A DNA stretch of 11,737 nucleotides from an uncultured archaeon (GTDB lineage: Archaea > Asgardarchaeota > Lokiarchaeia > Sigyniarchaeales > SOKP01). The first letter of the stretch is position 1, and every line of letters begins with the position of its first letter. Where the stretch lies: contig CAZGJX010000118.1 of NCBI GenBank assembly GCA_964525635.1, positions 1-11,737 on the forward strand. Direction: 5' to 3'. Below are positions 1 through 8,500 of this stretch, piece after piece. The notes beneath the pieces were generated by a model. That model made no database searches and was not told the DNA's origin. It worked only from the letters and a program-made list of their open reading frames with translations. A program made the translations under genes and the position numbers.

Positions 1-53
1 ATAGAGAAGAAATGATATGGAAAAAACTTAAAAATTTAATGCGTTATAAATAA
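1..53 (+). CDS. Probable 3' end of a gene entering from the left edge (…REEMIWKKLKNLMRYK*)
   Basis: The frame starting at nt 3 is open from the window edge to TAA at 51-53, which directly abuts the convergent stop of the minus-strand gene at 54-56. Too short to identify. Confidence 0.4.
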   Translation, partial: REEMIWKKLKNLMRYK

Positions 54-506
54 TTATCCTTTCTCCTTATTCTTTAAATCTTCTTTAATTTTCCTTATAA
101 TTTTTGGTTCTTTTTTTTCATTTTGATAGAATATTATAATTGAGGTACAAGTGAATATTAGAGCAATTATTATAATTGTTATACCAGTTATTATCATATC
201 AATTAGATACTCCTTATTTAAATATGCTAAAATAAAACCTCCAAATAAAAACATAATAAAGGAGAAACAACATAAGGTAAGTCCAATATTTTCTTTTATT
301 TTTACCTATTTTAATTTTTTATTATTATGAGAAGGAATCATATTAAAATGCTCTTGACAAAAATCAAGTTTTAGACATTTTCTACATAGTTTCCTTTTAC
401 AATATACACATTTTAATATATTTGGTTCTTCTGTTATTTTTTTGCATTGTTCACATTTGTATGTAACATCATAGTCATAATCTACATCTATCCAATCAAT
501 ACCCAT
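54..506 (-). pseudogene. Cys-rich zinc-finger plus 2-TM membrane protein interrupted by one in-frame TAG (joins track ORFs 306..548 and 54..254)
   Basis: Both ORFs are in the same frame: …HNNKKLK-TAG(308-306)-VKIKENIGLTLCCFSFI-MFLFGG…. The N-terminal part has CxxC…CxxC-x4-CxxC-x5-CxxH (B-box/AN1-like Zn ligands). The C-terminal part has two hydrophobic helices and a Lys-rich tail. Likely start is ATG at 506 (MGIDW…), giving 150 codons plus stop. Confidence 0.65.
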
Positions 507-663
507 AAATAAATATTCTTTGATTAGATTAAAAATATTGAGGTACACTTATAGAACTATATTTTTATTTAATTTAGTTATAATAGTAAACTAATTTTCA
601 TAAAATTCGATATTCTTTTTTTTTTTAAAATGTAATAAAAAGGAAAATAAAATAAAAAAAAAA

Positions 664-759
664 TTATTTTTTTTGATTTATACAATTAAGACGACAATTT
701 CTTTTATTTTCAATTTCAATCATTTCCTTCAAAATGGCTAATTTGAATTTTTTTCTCAT
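664..759 (-). CDS. Putative small protein, 31 aa (MRKKFKLAILKEMIEIENKRNCRLNCINQKK)
   Basis: ATG at 759 is preceded by a GGTG SD-like motif (alternative in-frame ATG at 771). A TTTAAATA TATA-like box lies at ~816-809, and long minus-strand T-tracts follow the stop (636-663). Confidence 0.35.
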   Translation of the reverse strand: MRKKFKLAILKEMIEIENKRNCRLNCINQKK

Positions 760-1177
760 TATTAACACCATTACTTACTTTTCTATATTAAGTATATGAA
801 ATAAATTATTTAAATAAGTAAGTGTTTAAGAGTATAGTCAATATAAAAATGGTAACTTACTATGAAAACATATAATTGTGAATTTAGTATGATTTATTGG
901 GGGGAAGTTCCGTGATAAGTGCTTAAGATAATGTAAACCTTCTATTGTCTGAGGAAATTTCATGTATTAAGACAATAAAGGGGATTTTATTGTTTATAAT
1001 GATAATTCATTATAAATAATATTAGACACATTTCTAATGCCTAAAATAGATATATCGAAGAGATAAACTAAATTTGATGGGATGGGCAACTTATCTATAT
1101 CCTAAACAATTGAATGATATCAAACATGAAAAATTTTGAATAAATGATTGAAACTATCTCTTTTAAGTAATGTTAGT

Positions 1178-1648
1178 TCACTGGATGGATATTGTTTGAA
1201 ATATATCTTTCAAGAATTGACGTTCTGAAATTGAAAATTTTGTAAAAATATTCTTAAATTTACTAGAAATATATTCAAAATACTTTAGCGATAGTTTTCT
1301 ACCTTCTCTCGTTAGTCGTAAATTAATTTTTCTATGGTCTTCTTTAGATTTTACTCTTTTAACTAATTTTAATCCAACCAAATATTCTATTCTTCGGGTT
1401 GCTGTACTATTTGGTAATCCAATCATATCAACAATATCCTTCATAATAATATCTTTTCTTAGACCTATGAGATGAATGATAAAAATATCAGATCCTATTT
1501 TATTTCTTATTTCCTTATTGGTAGAATCTTTTGAAATATAAAATATCTCATCAATATCTTTAAAGATTTGAGTAATAATCTTTGAAAAAATTTGACAAAT
1601 TTCTATATCTATGTGATAATTTTTATTTTTTTCCATTTTATTACACAT
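1178..1648 (-). CDS. MarR-family winged-helix transcriptional regulator
   Basis: Typical MarR HTH and wing: MKDIVDMIGLPNSTATRRIEYLVGLKLVKRVKSKEDHRKINLRLTREG (DxR wing motif, LTxxG). About 150 aa; the start may be ATG 1636. Divergent from a membrane protein gene. Confidence 0.92.
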   Translation of the reverse strand: MCNKMEKNKNYHIDIEICQIFSKIITQIFKDIDEIFYISKDSTNKEIRNKIGSDIFIIHLIGLRKDIIMKDIVDMIGLPNSTATRRIEYLVGLKLVKRVKSKEDHRKINLRLTREGRKLSLKYFEYISSKFKNIFTKFSISERQFLKDIFQTISIQ

Positions 1649-1670
1649 TTAATTATATTTTATCAACAAT

Positions 1671-1689
1671 TATTTCCATTTCGGAAATT
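1671..1689. promoter_or_regulatory. Imperfect palindromic operator 1 (putative MarR site)
   Basis: TATTTCCAT-T-TCGGAAATT, a degenerate copy of the perfect palindrome 50 bp downstream. Confidence 0.7.
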
Positions 1690-1696
1690 TTAAATA
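1682..1696 (+). promoter_or_regulatory. Archaeal-type BRE + TATA box for the 1762 gene
   Basis: CGGAAA-TTTTAAATA: purine-rich BRE immediately followed by TTTAAATA. The expected start site (~1720) falls on operator 2. Confidence 0.5.
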
Positions 1697-1720
1697 CTTT
1701 ATATTTTTTACTATATTAAA

Positions 1721-1739
1721 TATTTCCATTATGGAAATA
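1721..1739. promoter_or_regulatory. Perfect 9-1-9 palindromic operator 2 (putative MarR site)
   Basis: TATTTCCAT-T-ATGGAAATA in the intergenic region between marR and its divergent gene. Confidence 0.8.
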
Positions 1740-1761
1740 ATATTAATTAAAATGAGAAAAT

Positions 1762-2655
1762 ATGGACAAACATAAGTTAAAATTTATATTTATAAAATTA
1801 ATGTATCTTTATGGTGCAGTTGCAGACCTTTTAATTCTCTTAGCATATATTTTATACACGATTACAGACTATCGAATATATATAGATATCATGGGATTTC
1901 CAATCCCCACAATTGAGTTAAAAGTTATTTTGACCTTTGCTTTTGGAAGCATGATGGGATGGGCAATATTGCTTTTTTGGGGATTTATAAAACCATTAAA
2001 ATATAAATTTACTCTATTATTAACAAGTTTAGGATTGTTCTTTTTTGGATTTATTTCTGATTTTTTTATTTATATACCCTATAGTTCTATTTATACAATA
2101 AATAATGCACTTTCTCAAATACCACTAAGATTATTATTAGGTATTGCATTTCTATTAGCTTATATTTTTGGATTTCAACTAAAAAATAATAAATCATTGA
2201 TAAATAATAAAAAAAATCAATATAATACTCAGACACCTAATATTAACCATATAAATTTGAAAAAACATATGTTTATTCAAATAATTTTTTGGGTAGGTAT
2301 TAGTTTTTGTTCTATCACAACTTTTTTAGCCTATTTTTATTTTTTAGGATATGATAAGGGATTAGTAGTATTAGGATTTCCATCTTATTCAGATGAAAAT
2401 GCTGTTGCTGTATATCAATCAATAGCAATAATGCAATCATGGACAGTTTTATTATTATGGTCATTCCATCGCCCCTATCTTAGAAGATCTATTTTATTAT
2501 TAACAGCATTAGGATTAATATTACCATGCTTAATTTATAGTGGAACGATATTCCTTATATTTCAAGCAACACCCTCTTTATTTACATATGTTATCTTTAT
2601 TTGTTTGATTATTATCTTAATGTTAGCATATCTTTTCGCAAGACTTAAGGAATAG
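1762..2655 (+). CDS. Uncharacterised integral membrane protein, ~8 TM, made of two homologous 4-TM halves
   Basis: Half 1: MGFP…SMMGWAILLFWGFIKPLKYKFTLLLTSLGL. Half 2: LGFP…IMQSWTVLLLWSFHRPYLRRSILLLTALGL. The halves are joined by an Asn/Lys-rich linker (~nt 2180-2265). Confidence 0.85.
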   Translation: MDKHKLKFIFIKLMYLYGAVADLLILLAYILYTITDYRIYIDIMGFPIPTIELKVILTFAFGSMMGWAILLFWGFIKPLKYKFTLLLTSLGLFFFGFISDFFIYIPYSSIYTINNALSQIPLRLLLGIAFLLAYIFGFQLKNNKSLINNKKNQYNTQTPNINHINLKKHMFIQIIFWVGISFCSITTFLAYFYFLGYDKGLVVLGFPSYSDENAVAVYQSIAIMQSWTVLLLWSFHRPYLRRSILLLTALGLILPCLIYSGTIFLIFQATPSLFTYVIFICLIIILMLAYLFARLKE

Positions 2656-2679
2656 AGAATACATTTATTTCATAAAAAA

Positions 2680-2699
2680 TTCTTTTTTTTTTTAATTTT
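2680..2699 (+). terminator. Oligo-T tract, probable archaeal-type terminator
   Basis: T11 run at 2683-2693, about 30 nt after the stop of the 1762..2655 gene. Confidence 0.45.
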
Positions 2700-2853
2700 A
2701 ATTATATTAATAATCAGCAAGATATAACTAAATAAAGAATATATGTAAGCCAATCCAACTCTACGTTGTTCAAAATGAAAAAGAGAAGAATGAAAATTAT
2801 TCTAATAGATTTAAATAATTTCCAGGAATAATCAAAAAAATATCAAATCTCAA

Positions 2854-3537
2854 TTATGTACGTTTTAAAATAAACGATGCTATAATTAATGTAATAACTA
2901 ACGCAAATATAGATTGAGATATTGTAAAAATCACCAATCCCGTTATACCGTCTAACATTGCCGAAATTGGTATCCCAAAAGTAAAATAAATGGAAAGTAA
3001 CAATCTTTTTAATTTTTTGTGGATATTTATATCAGTTATATTTGAAGATGAAATCGATCGTCTTAAACGCATCGATGTATATATCAAATTTATAAAAATC
3101 CAAATTGTGATACTTGTCATATACATTGGATTTCGTTGAAAATTCAGAGGTTGAATGGATTGTATTATAATAAAATTAGGTATCCATACCACTATCCATA
3201 AAGCTCCAATAAGAAATGGAGTTAATTTAAAAAAAGTTGTTTTTTTCACTAAGTTCCAACTTTCACAAAAAATCCAGATCCCAATCATAAGACAGGGAAT
3301 ACCGAGAATAATACCCATGACGCTAATTCTAATCACAATTTTAATGACTTCCTCGCTAAATTCAAACGTGCTAATCATTATCATCATTATATTTACTAAA
3401 ATTCCAAAATAAGCAACCACCAAAAATTGGTTTCCTTTATATTTTGGATTTCGGAAATAGATTATCAATATGAATGTAAAAAGAATTATAAAAGTGATAA
3501 GATGAAAAATATTCGAAATAATAAATTCTAGTTTCAT
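2854..3537 (-). CDS. Stand-alone seven-transmembrane protein, HisKA_7TM-like sensor domain without output domain
   Basis: Seven hydrophobic segments in 227 aa. The TM1-TM2 loop IYFRNPKYKGNQF resembles the RNPKxxxNxxF loop of histidine-kinase N-terminal 7TM domains. There is a basic loop between TM5 and TM6 and no cytoplasmic kinase or cyclase domain. Confidence 0.75.
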   Translation of the reverse strand: MKLEFIISNIFHLITFIILFTFILIIYFRNPKYKGNQFLVVAYFGILVNIMMIMISTFEFSEEVIKIVIRISVMGIILGIPCLMIGIWIFCESWNLVKKTTFFKLTPFLIGALWIVVWIPNFIIIQSIQPLNFQRNPMYMTSITIWIFINLIYTSMRLRRSISSSNITDINIHKKLKRLLLSIYFTFGIPISAMLDGITGLVIFTISQSIFALVITLIIASFILKRT

Positions 3538-3802
3538 AAATTATTCATCTTTTTTTTCTAATTTAAATTTAGGGTAATCCATAGTATCCAAAAAAAAGGA
3601 CAAATCTGGAAATTATGTATATTTAATTCATATTTGGCTATAGTTCTAAGTGATAGGATTTTAATAAATTAGAATCCTTATTGTCTCCTGATTTTTAAAT
3701 TAGAAGAAATTATTAATAGCTTTAACATATAAAATATTAATTCATAAGGAAGATAATAAAAATAAGATGTTATAATAGATATTATTTTATATTGGATTAA
3801 TA

Positions 3803-3943
3803 ATTCAAGAGGATTTCCCTCAATTGGAGAATTAATTTCCTATTTCAGGAAAGAGAATTATCGCATTTCGGGGGAGGCTATATGTCGCCCTTGAGACCGT
3901 CCGTTGTCGGTCACTCAGGCATCTTTCCTCTTGGAATAGATGC
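3803..3943. ncRNA. Candidate structured non-coding RNA or element (unidentified)
   Basis: 36/60 G+C at 3861-3920 inside an extremely AT-rich intergenic region, with several complementary helices (see findings). I could not confirm a match to any known family. Confidence 0.45.
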
Positions 3944-4346
3944 AAAAAGATTTGTCCAGGAATGTCCAGATTTTTTACAACGGTTTAATTTATAATTTTT
4001 AAGATTTTAATATTTTACATTATATAATAGAGAATTTTTTGTAGGATGGGAACGTTGAAATAAAATATCAAATAGTTTTGTTTGGTGAATTTCCTCAATA
4101 TTATCATAAAGATTAAATGGATTTGTCAGATCAGAAATTATTTCTTTTTTCCTTATTAATTCTTTGTTCTTAATAATCTAATTTTTAGATTTTTTTTTTC
4201 AATACTCCCCCACACTTTATGAAAATTCTATGAATAAAGATCGTGAAATGTATGTTTCATGCAAAAATATAGATACTAAAATATTGTGTAGATATGTTAG
4301 TTTTGTTAACTTTGAATATTTTAATTTTGAAAAATTTAAATATTAA

Positions 4347-5153
4347 GAAGAATATATCAGTGAAGTTAATTTTCTTGGAGGAAAACCATTATTAAATTAT
4401 AATCTGCTAATCAATCTCATTGAAGAGACAAAAAAGTTTGATATTCCAAAGATAGGACTACCAACGAACGGTTATTGGGGTAAAGATGAGGAAACTGCTA
4501 AGAAATATGCTCAAAAACTAAAAGAGGTTGGAGTTAATTTAATTGGGTTTAGTGCTGATGCATTCCACCAAGAATTTATTCCTCTTGAAAATGTAAAACG
4601 AGCAATTAAAGCAGCTCATAAAGCAGAGATAGAAACTATACTTATTAATGCGCAAATTATTGGTGCTCCAAATGAATCAAATTATTTCAATACAAAAACA
4701 AATAAGATATGTAAAAGTATCTCTAATGAGTTTAAGTTCTGTCAAATAATAAAAAGCCCATTACAAGTAAGAGGACGAGCTATAAAGAATCTTTTAAAAT
4801 ATTACCATATAAATACTATACCTTCAGAAAAGTGCTCTATTTTTAGAGCGCCTATGTATATGATAGATCCTAATGGATGGGTTTTCATTCAAGGATGTCA
4901 AGGTATTTGTTTGGGAAATGCTAAAAAAGATTCATTATTAAAAATAATTAGTGAATTTAAGCCTAGAAAACATCCTATAATAGGTAAAGTAATGGGTAAA
5001 GGAGGAGTGTGTAGTCTCCTTGAGTTGGCCATTGAAAAAGGGTATGAACCATTAGAGAAATATGCCGATAAATGTCATTTGTGTTATAGCACGCAGAAAT
5101 TTCTACGATCTTATTTTCCTAATATACTTGAACCTTCAAACTTATGGGACTAG
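4347..5153 (+). pseudogene. 5'-truncated radical SAM protein with C-terminal Cys-containing (SPASM/twitch-like) region
   Basis: The frame of track ORF 4854..5153 is open back to TAA at 4344-4346 and reads EVNFLGGKPLL…TNGYWG…FSADAFHQEFIP…VRGRA…C…IDPNGWV…GC…LGN…DKCHLC (268 aa). These are radical SAM core motifs, but CxxxCxxC and a start codon are missing and GGEP reads GGKP. Confidence 0.85.
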
Positions 5154-5154
5154 A

Positions 5155-5171
5155 TTTTTGCTTTTTTTTTT
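5155..5171 (+). terminator. Oligo-T terminator after the radical SAM gene
   Basis: TTTTTGCTTTTTTTTTT beginning right after the TAG at 5151-5153. Confidence 0.5.
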
Positions 5172-5580
5172 CCATACTAAAAAAAGTAGTTCACCAACAA
5201 ATTTGAAGAATAGGTAATTCTATATTGTTTAAGTTTAAAGATCTCCTATTTATTTTATTAAAATAACAAGAATAGGAAAGATTTCTTTATAAAAAATATT
5301 TTTGAGCAAATAGAATGAATTTTAATAATCTTTATTTTAAAAAAATTATATTATTTAAAAACTTCAAAATCATTCCAATTGGTTTTATATTGAGAATAGA
5401 CTTTACTATAATAATAGTAGTTAAATTAAGAAAAATCTTAGAAATCTTTTATTAATTTTTTAAGAAGTTATTCTCAAGATTTCATGTATTTATCAAATAA
5501 AATAAAAAATTTTGGTCCATCAGAAATGTTTTAACATAAATTTTTTTTTCCATCTTACGAAACCAAACTAAGTTAATCTC

Positions 5581-8500
5581 GTGTTAAAAATGTCAAGAAT
5601 AAAACAAATTGGAATATTGTTAATGGTTATAATTATTGGATCTACTTCAAATATTTACAATCAGTTTAAAGTTTATCAATATAAAGAAGACTCTATAATT
5701 CCCAAAACTTCAACAGGTTTTAATAATTGGACTATTATGGTTTATCTTGCTGCAGACAATAATTTAGAATCTGCAGGATTAGACGATTTAAATGAAATGG
5801 AATCTATACAACTAGAAGAAGGTATTGAAATAGTCGTATTATTTGATCGAGCAGTAGGGTATACTAGTGCTGATGGAGATTGGACGACAACAAGACGATA
5901 TAATATAACTTATGATGAAGATAATGACTATATTAATTCAGATTATGAAGATCTCGGGGAATTAAATATGGGAGATCCTGATACTCTCGAAAATTTTATT
6001 AATTGGTCACAATCAAACCATCCTGCTGATAAATATGCTTTAATATTATGGGATCATGGTCTTGGAGTAGGATCTGGTTCATATTTCGGAGGTGCTTGTA
6101 TTGATCGATATAGTGAAAATGATTACTTAGATATTTTTGAAATTGATCAAGCAATAGCAGGAAAGGGCATTGATCTCTTAGGATTTGATTGCTGTATTAT
6201 GGGAATGATGGAAATTGCTTCACAATATCAGACAGATGTAGATGTTTTTGTAGGAAGTGAATGTTCAGAACCGTTAGATGGATGGGCATACGATTTAATC
6301 ATTATTGAATTAAATAAAAATCCAAATTGTACTTCTGCAGAACTTGGAGAAATTATATGTGCAACATATGAAGAATCTTATAGATATGATTATACCTGGG
6401 AAGACCTACCAATGGTTTCCTTGGATTTAACAAAATTTGCCGAATTAGAAACAATTTTAAATGATTTTTTATCTTATATTGACCAAGATTATAATAAATC
6501 TATTGCAAATATTATTCAGAAAGCAATTGAAGACTCTCAGTTTGTTGAATATGATGAGAATTATATTGATTTTGGAGATTTATTTTCTCATTTAAAATCA
6601 TTATTTCGTTATATATATCCTAATTTATATCAATTCACTTCTAATATTTTAGAAATATATGAAGAAATTGTTATGTCACTTTATATTGCTAGACATAGAA
6701 AAAAAACACTAACTGGTGCCTCTATTCAAATATTACCAGATGAGGAAAACTTCAGATACCAGAATCTAGATTTCTGTATAAACACCTCATGGCATAATTT
6801 TATTTCAAAACAGAAAACCATAGCTGATGAATTAATAGATGATAATTATGAACCTAATGATAATTTTGATGATAGACAAAAATTATCATTCTCAGAATCA
6901 CTTAATTTAATCTGGTCTGATCAAGATTGGTTTGAAATTTATGTAATTCAGAATGTATCTTTTTCTCTAATTCTAAATGAAACTTCATTTCAACCTAATG
7001 AGGTTGATATAATTATTTATGATAGATCTTTGAATTTAGTTGATAAAGCTCCATTTAATCTTTCACTTGAATTAGAACAGTCCGGATATTATACAATTTG
7101 CATCAATTCATCTCTTAAATTTGTAGAAGTTCCCTATACCCTGACTTTAACAACCAATATTATTGATGATAATTATGAGAATAACAATGATTTTGCTGAT
7201 GCAACTTTAATTACTTCAGGAAGCTATTTAGATTTAGTTAGTTTAGATGATGATTATTATCAAATTCATGTTCCTGAAAGTAACGTCTTAAACATTTCTA
7301 TTTATATTCCTGATGAGGATATTTCTTTGTATATCTTCTTATATGATTCTTCACAGAATTTACTTGATGATTGGAGAACATGGTATGATGGATTTTTCAG
7401 AATGCGTTATTTCATGAATAATGAAGAAGATCTTTATATAAGAATTAGGCCTTATTATGGATTTGGTTTTTATTCATTTAATATATCAGTTGATTTTGTC
7501 CAAGATGATATTTTTGAAAATAATGATAATATTGAAAATGCAAGTCCCATTGAAATGGGTTATTATTCTGATTTAACTATATATGATATTGATTATTATA
7601 GTATAACTGTTAATGAGGGGGAAAATCTGGAGATTGATTTATATTATTCTTTTTATACAATGGATCTATATATTTTAGATAATGAATCGAATAAGTTTGA
7701 ATCTGAAAGAATAACTTCATGTTTTAATTCTAAGTATGTATATCGTAATACTCTTTCATTTTATTCATATATAACGCAAAATATTACTATAGTTATATAC
7801 TCTAGTGGATATGGAAGTTTTGGAAAGTATTCTTTAAAAATTAGTACAACTTATCAGAAAGATGATATATATGAAGAAAATGATTTTCTTGATGCTGCAA
7901 CATTTATACAACCTGATTTTTATTCCAATCTAAAACAAATAGATGATGATTTCTATAAATTTAATATACATCAAGGAGAATATTTTGAAATTATGATTTC
8001 TTCAGATGACACTCGTTATTTTAAATTGAAAATTTATGACTTAAATATGGATGAAATCATAGATTATTCTTATTACACTGAGGGTGATAGATGTTATTAT
8101 TATTCTAATATCGATCAACCAATAATTATAGAAATTCGCCCATATAATGAACATATAGTAGTATATTATACCTTGAATATAACTTTAGTACAAGTAGAAG
8201 ATGATGATTACGAGCAAAATGATGTTTTCGAATATGCCTCACCAATAACTATTGGAATTCATCCTGATTTAATTTATAATGATCATGATTATTATAATAT
8301 AAGTGTATTGGAGGGTGAATCAATTGAAATTTCGCTGGAATCTAATCTGTATTTATATCTGTTTCTCTTTAATTCTAATGATCAATATATTACATCTGGT
8401 CAAGGTAGAGATATAGTTTTAAAGTATTTTTCTCATTCCAATCAATCATTAATAATTTATATTAGGAAAAGTAATGGAGGAGAATATGGAAATTATTCTT

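Noticed and set aside
860-1170. Possible heavily decayed + strand gene remnant
   Set aside because: Only short peptide-like stretches between many stops, with no recognisable family.
3155-3412. 85-aa + strand ORF
   Set aside because: Lies wholly antisense to the convincing 7TM gene and has no recognisable motifs; a shadow ORF.
3848-3928. tRNA-Ser-like sequence on the minus strand (GGAAAGATGCCTGAGTGACCG… with a 7-bp acceptor-like stem, 81 nt)
   Set aside because: No D-loop GG, no pairing anticodon stem and no GTTCRA T-arm; it cannot form a cloverleaf.
3860-3930. Hammerhead, twister, HDV-like ribozyme or group II intron domain V/VI resemblance
   Set aside because: Only fragments match (CUGAGUGA instead of CUGANGA; GGUCUCAAG without its closing stem; a hairpin too short for domain V). 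The required helices could not be built by eye.
3804-3940. Archaeal replication origin ORB-like TTCC…GGAA boxes
   Set aside because: Spacing deviates from the TCCAGTGGAAA-type consensus, there is no properly placed G-string, and no orc1/cdc6 gene is in the window.
3832-3984. ~50-codon minus-strand frame containing LSDRQ, reminiscent of IS5/IS1182 transposase N-termini
   Set aside because: No start codon, only a 5-aa resemblance and no other transposase motifs; BLASTx would be needed to revisit it.
4854-5153. 99-aa ORF as an independent gene
   Set aside because: It is the C-terminal third of the truncated radical SAM frame, starting at an internal Met.
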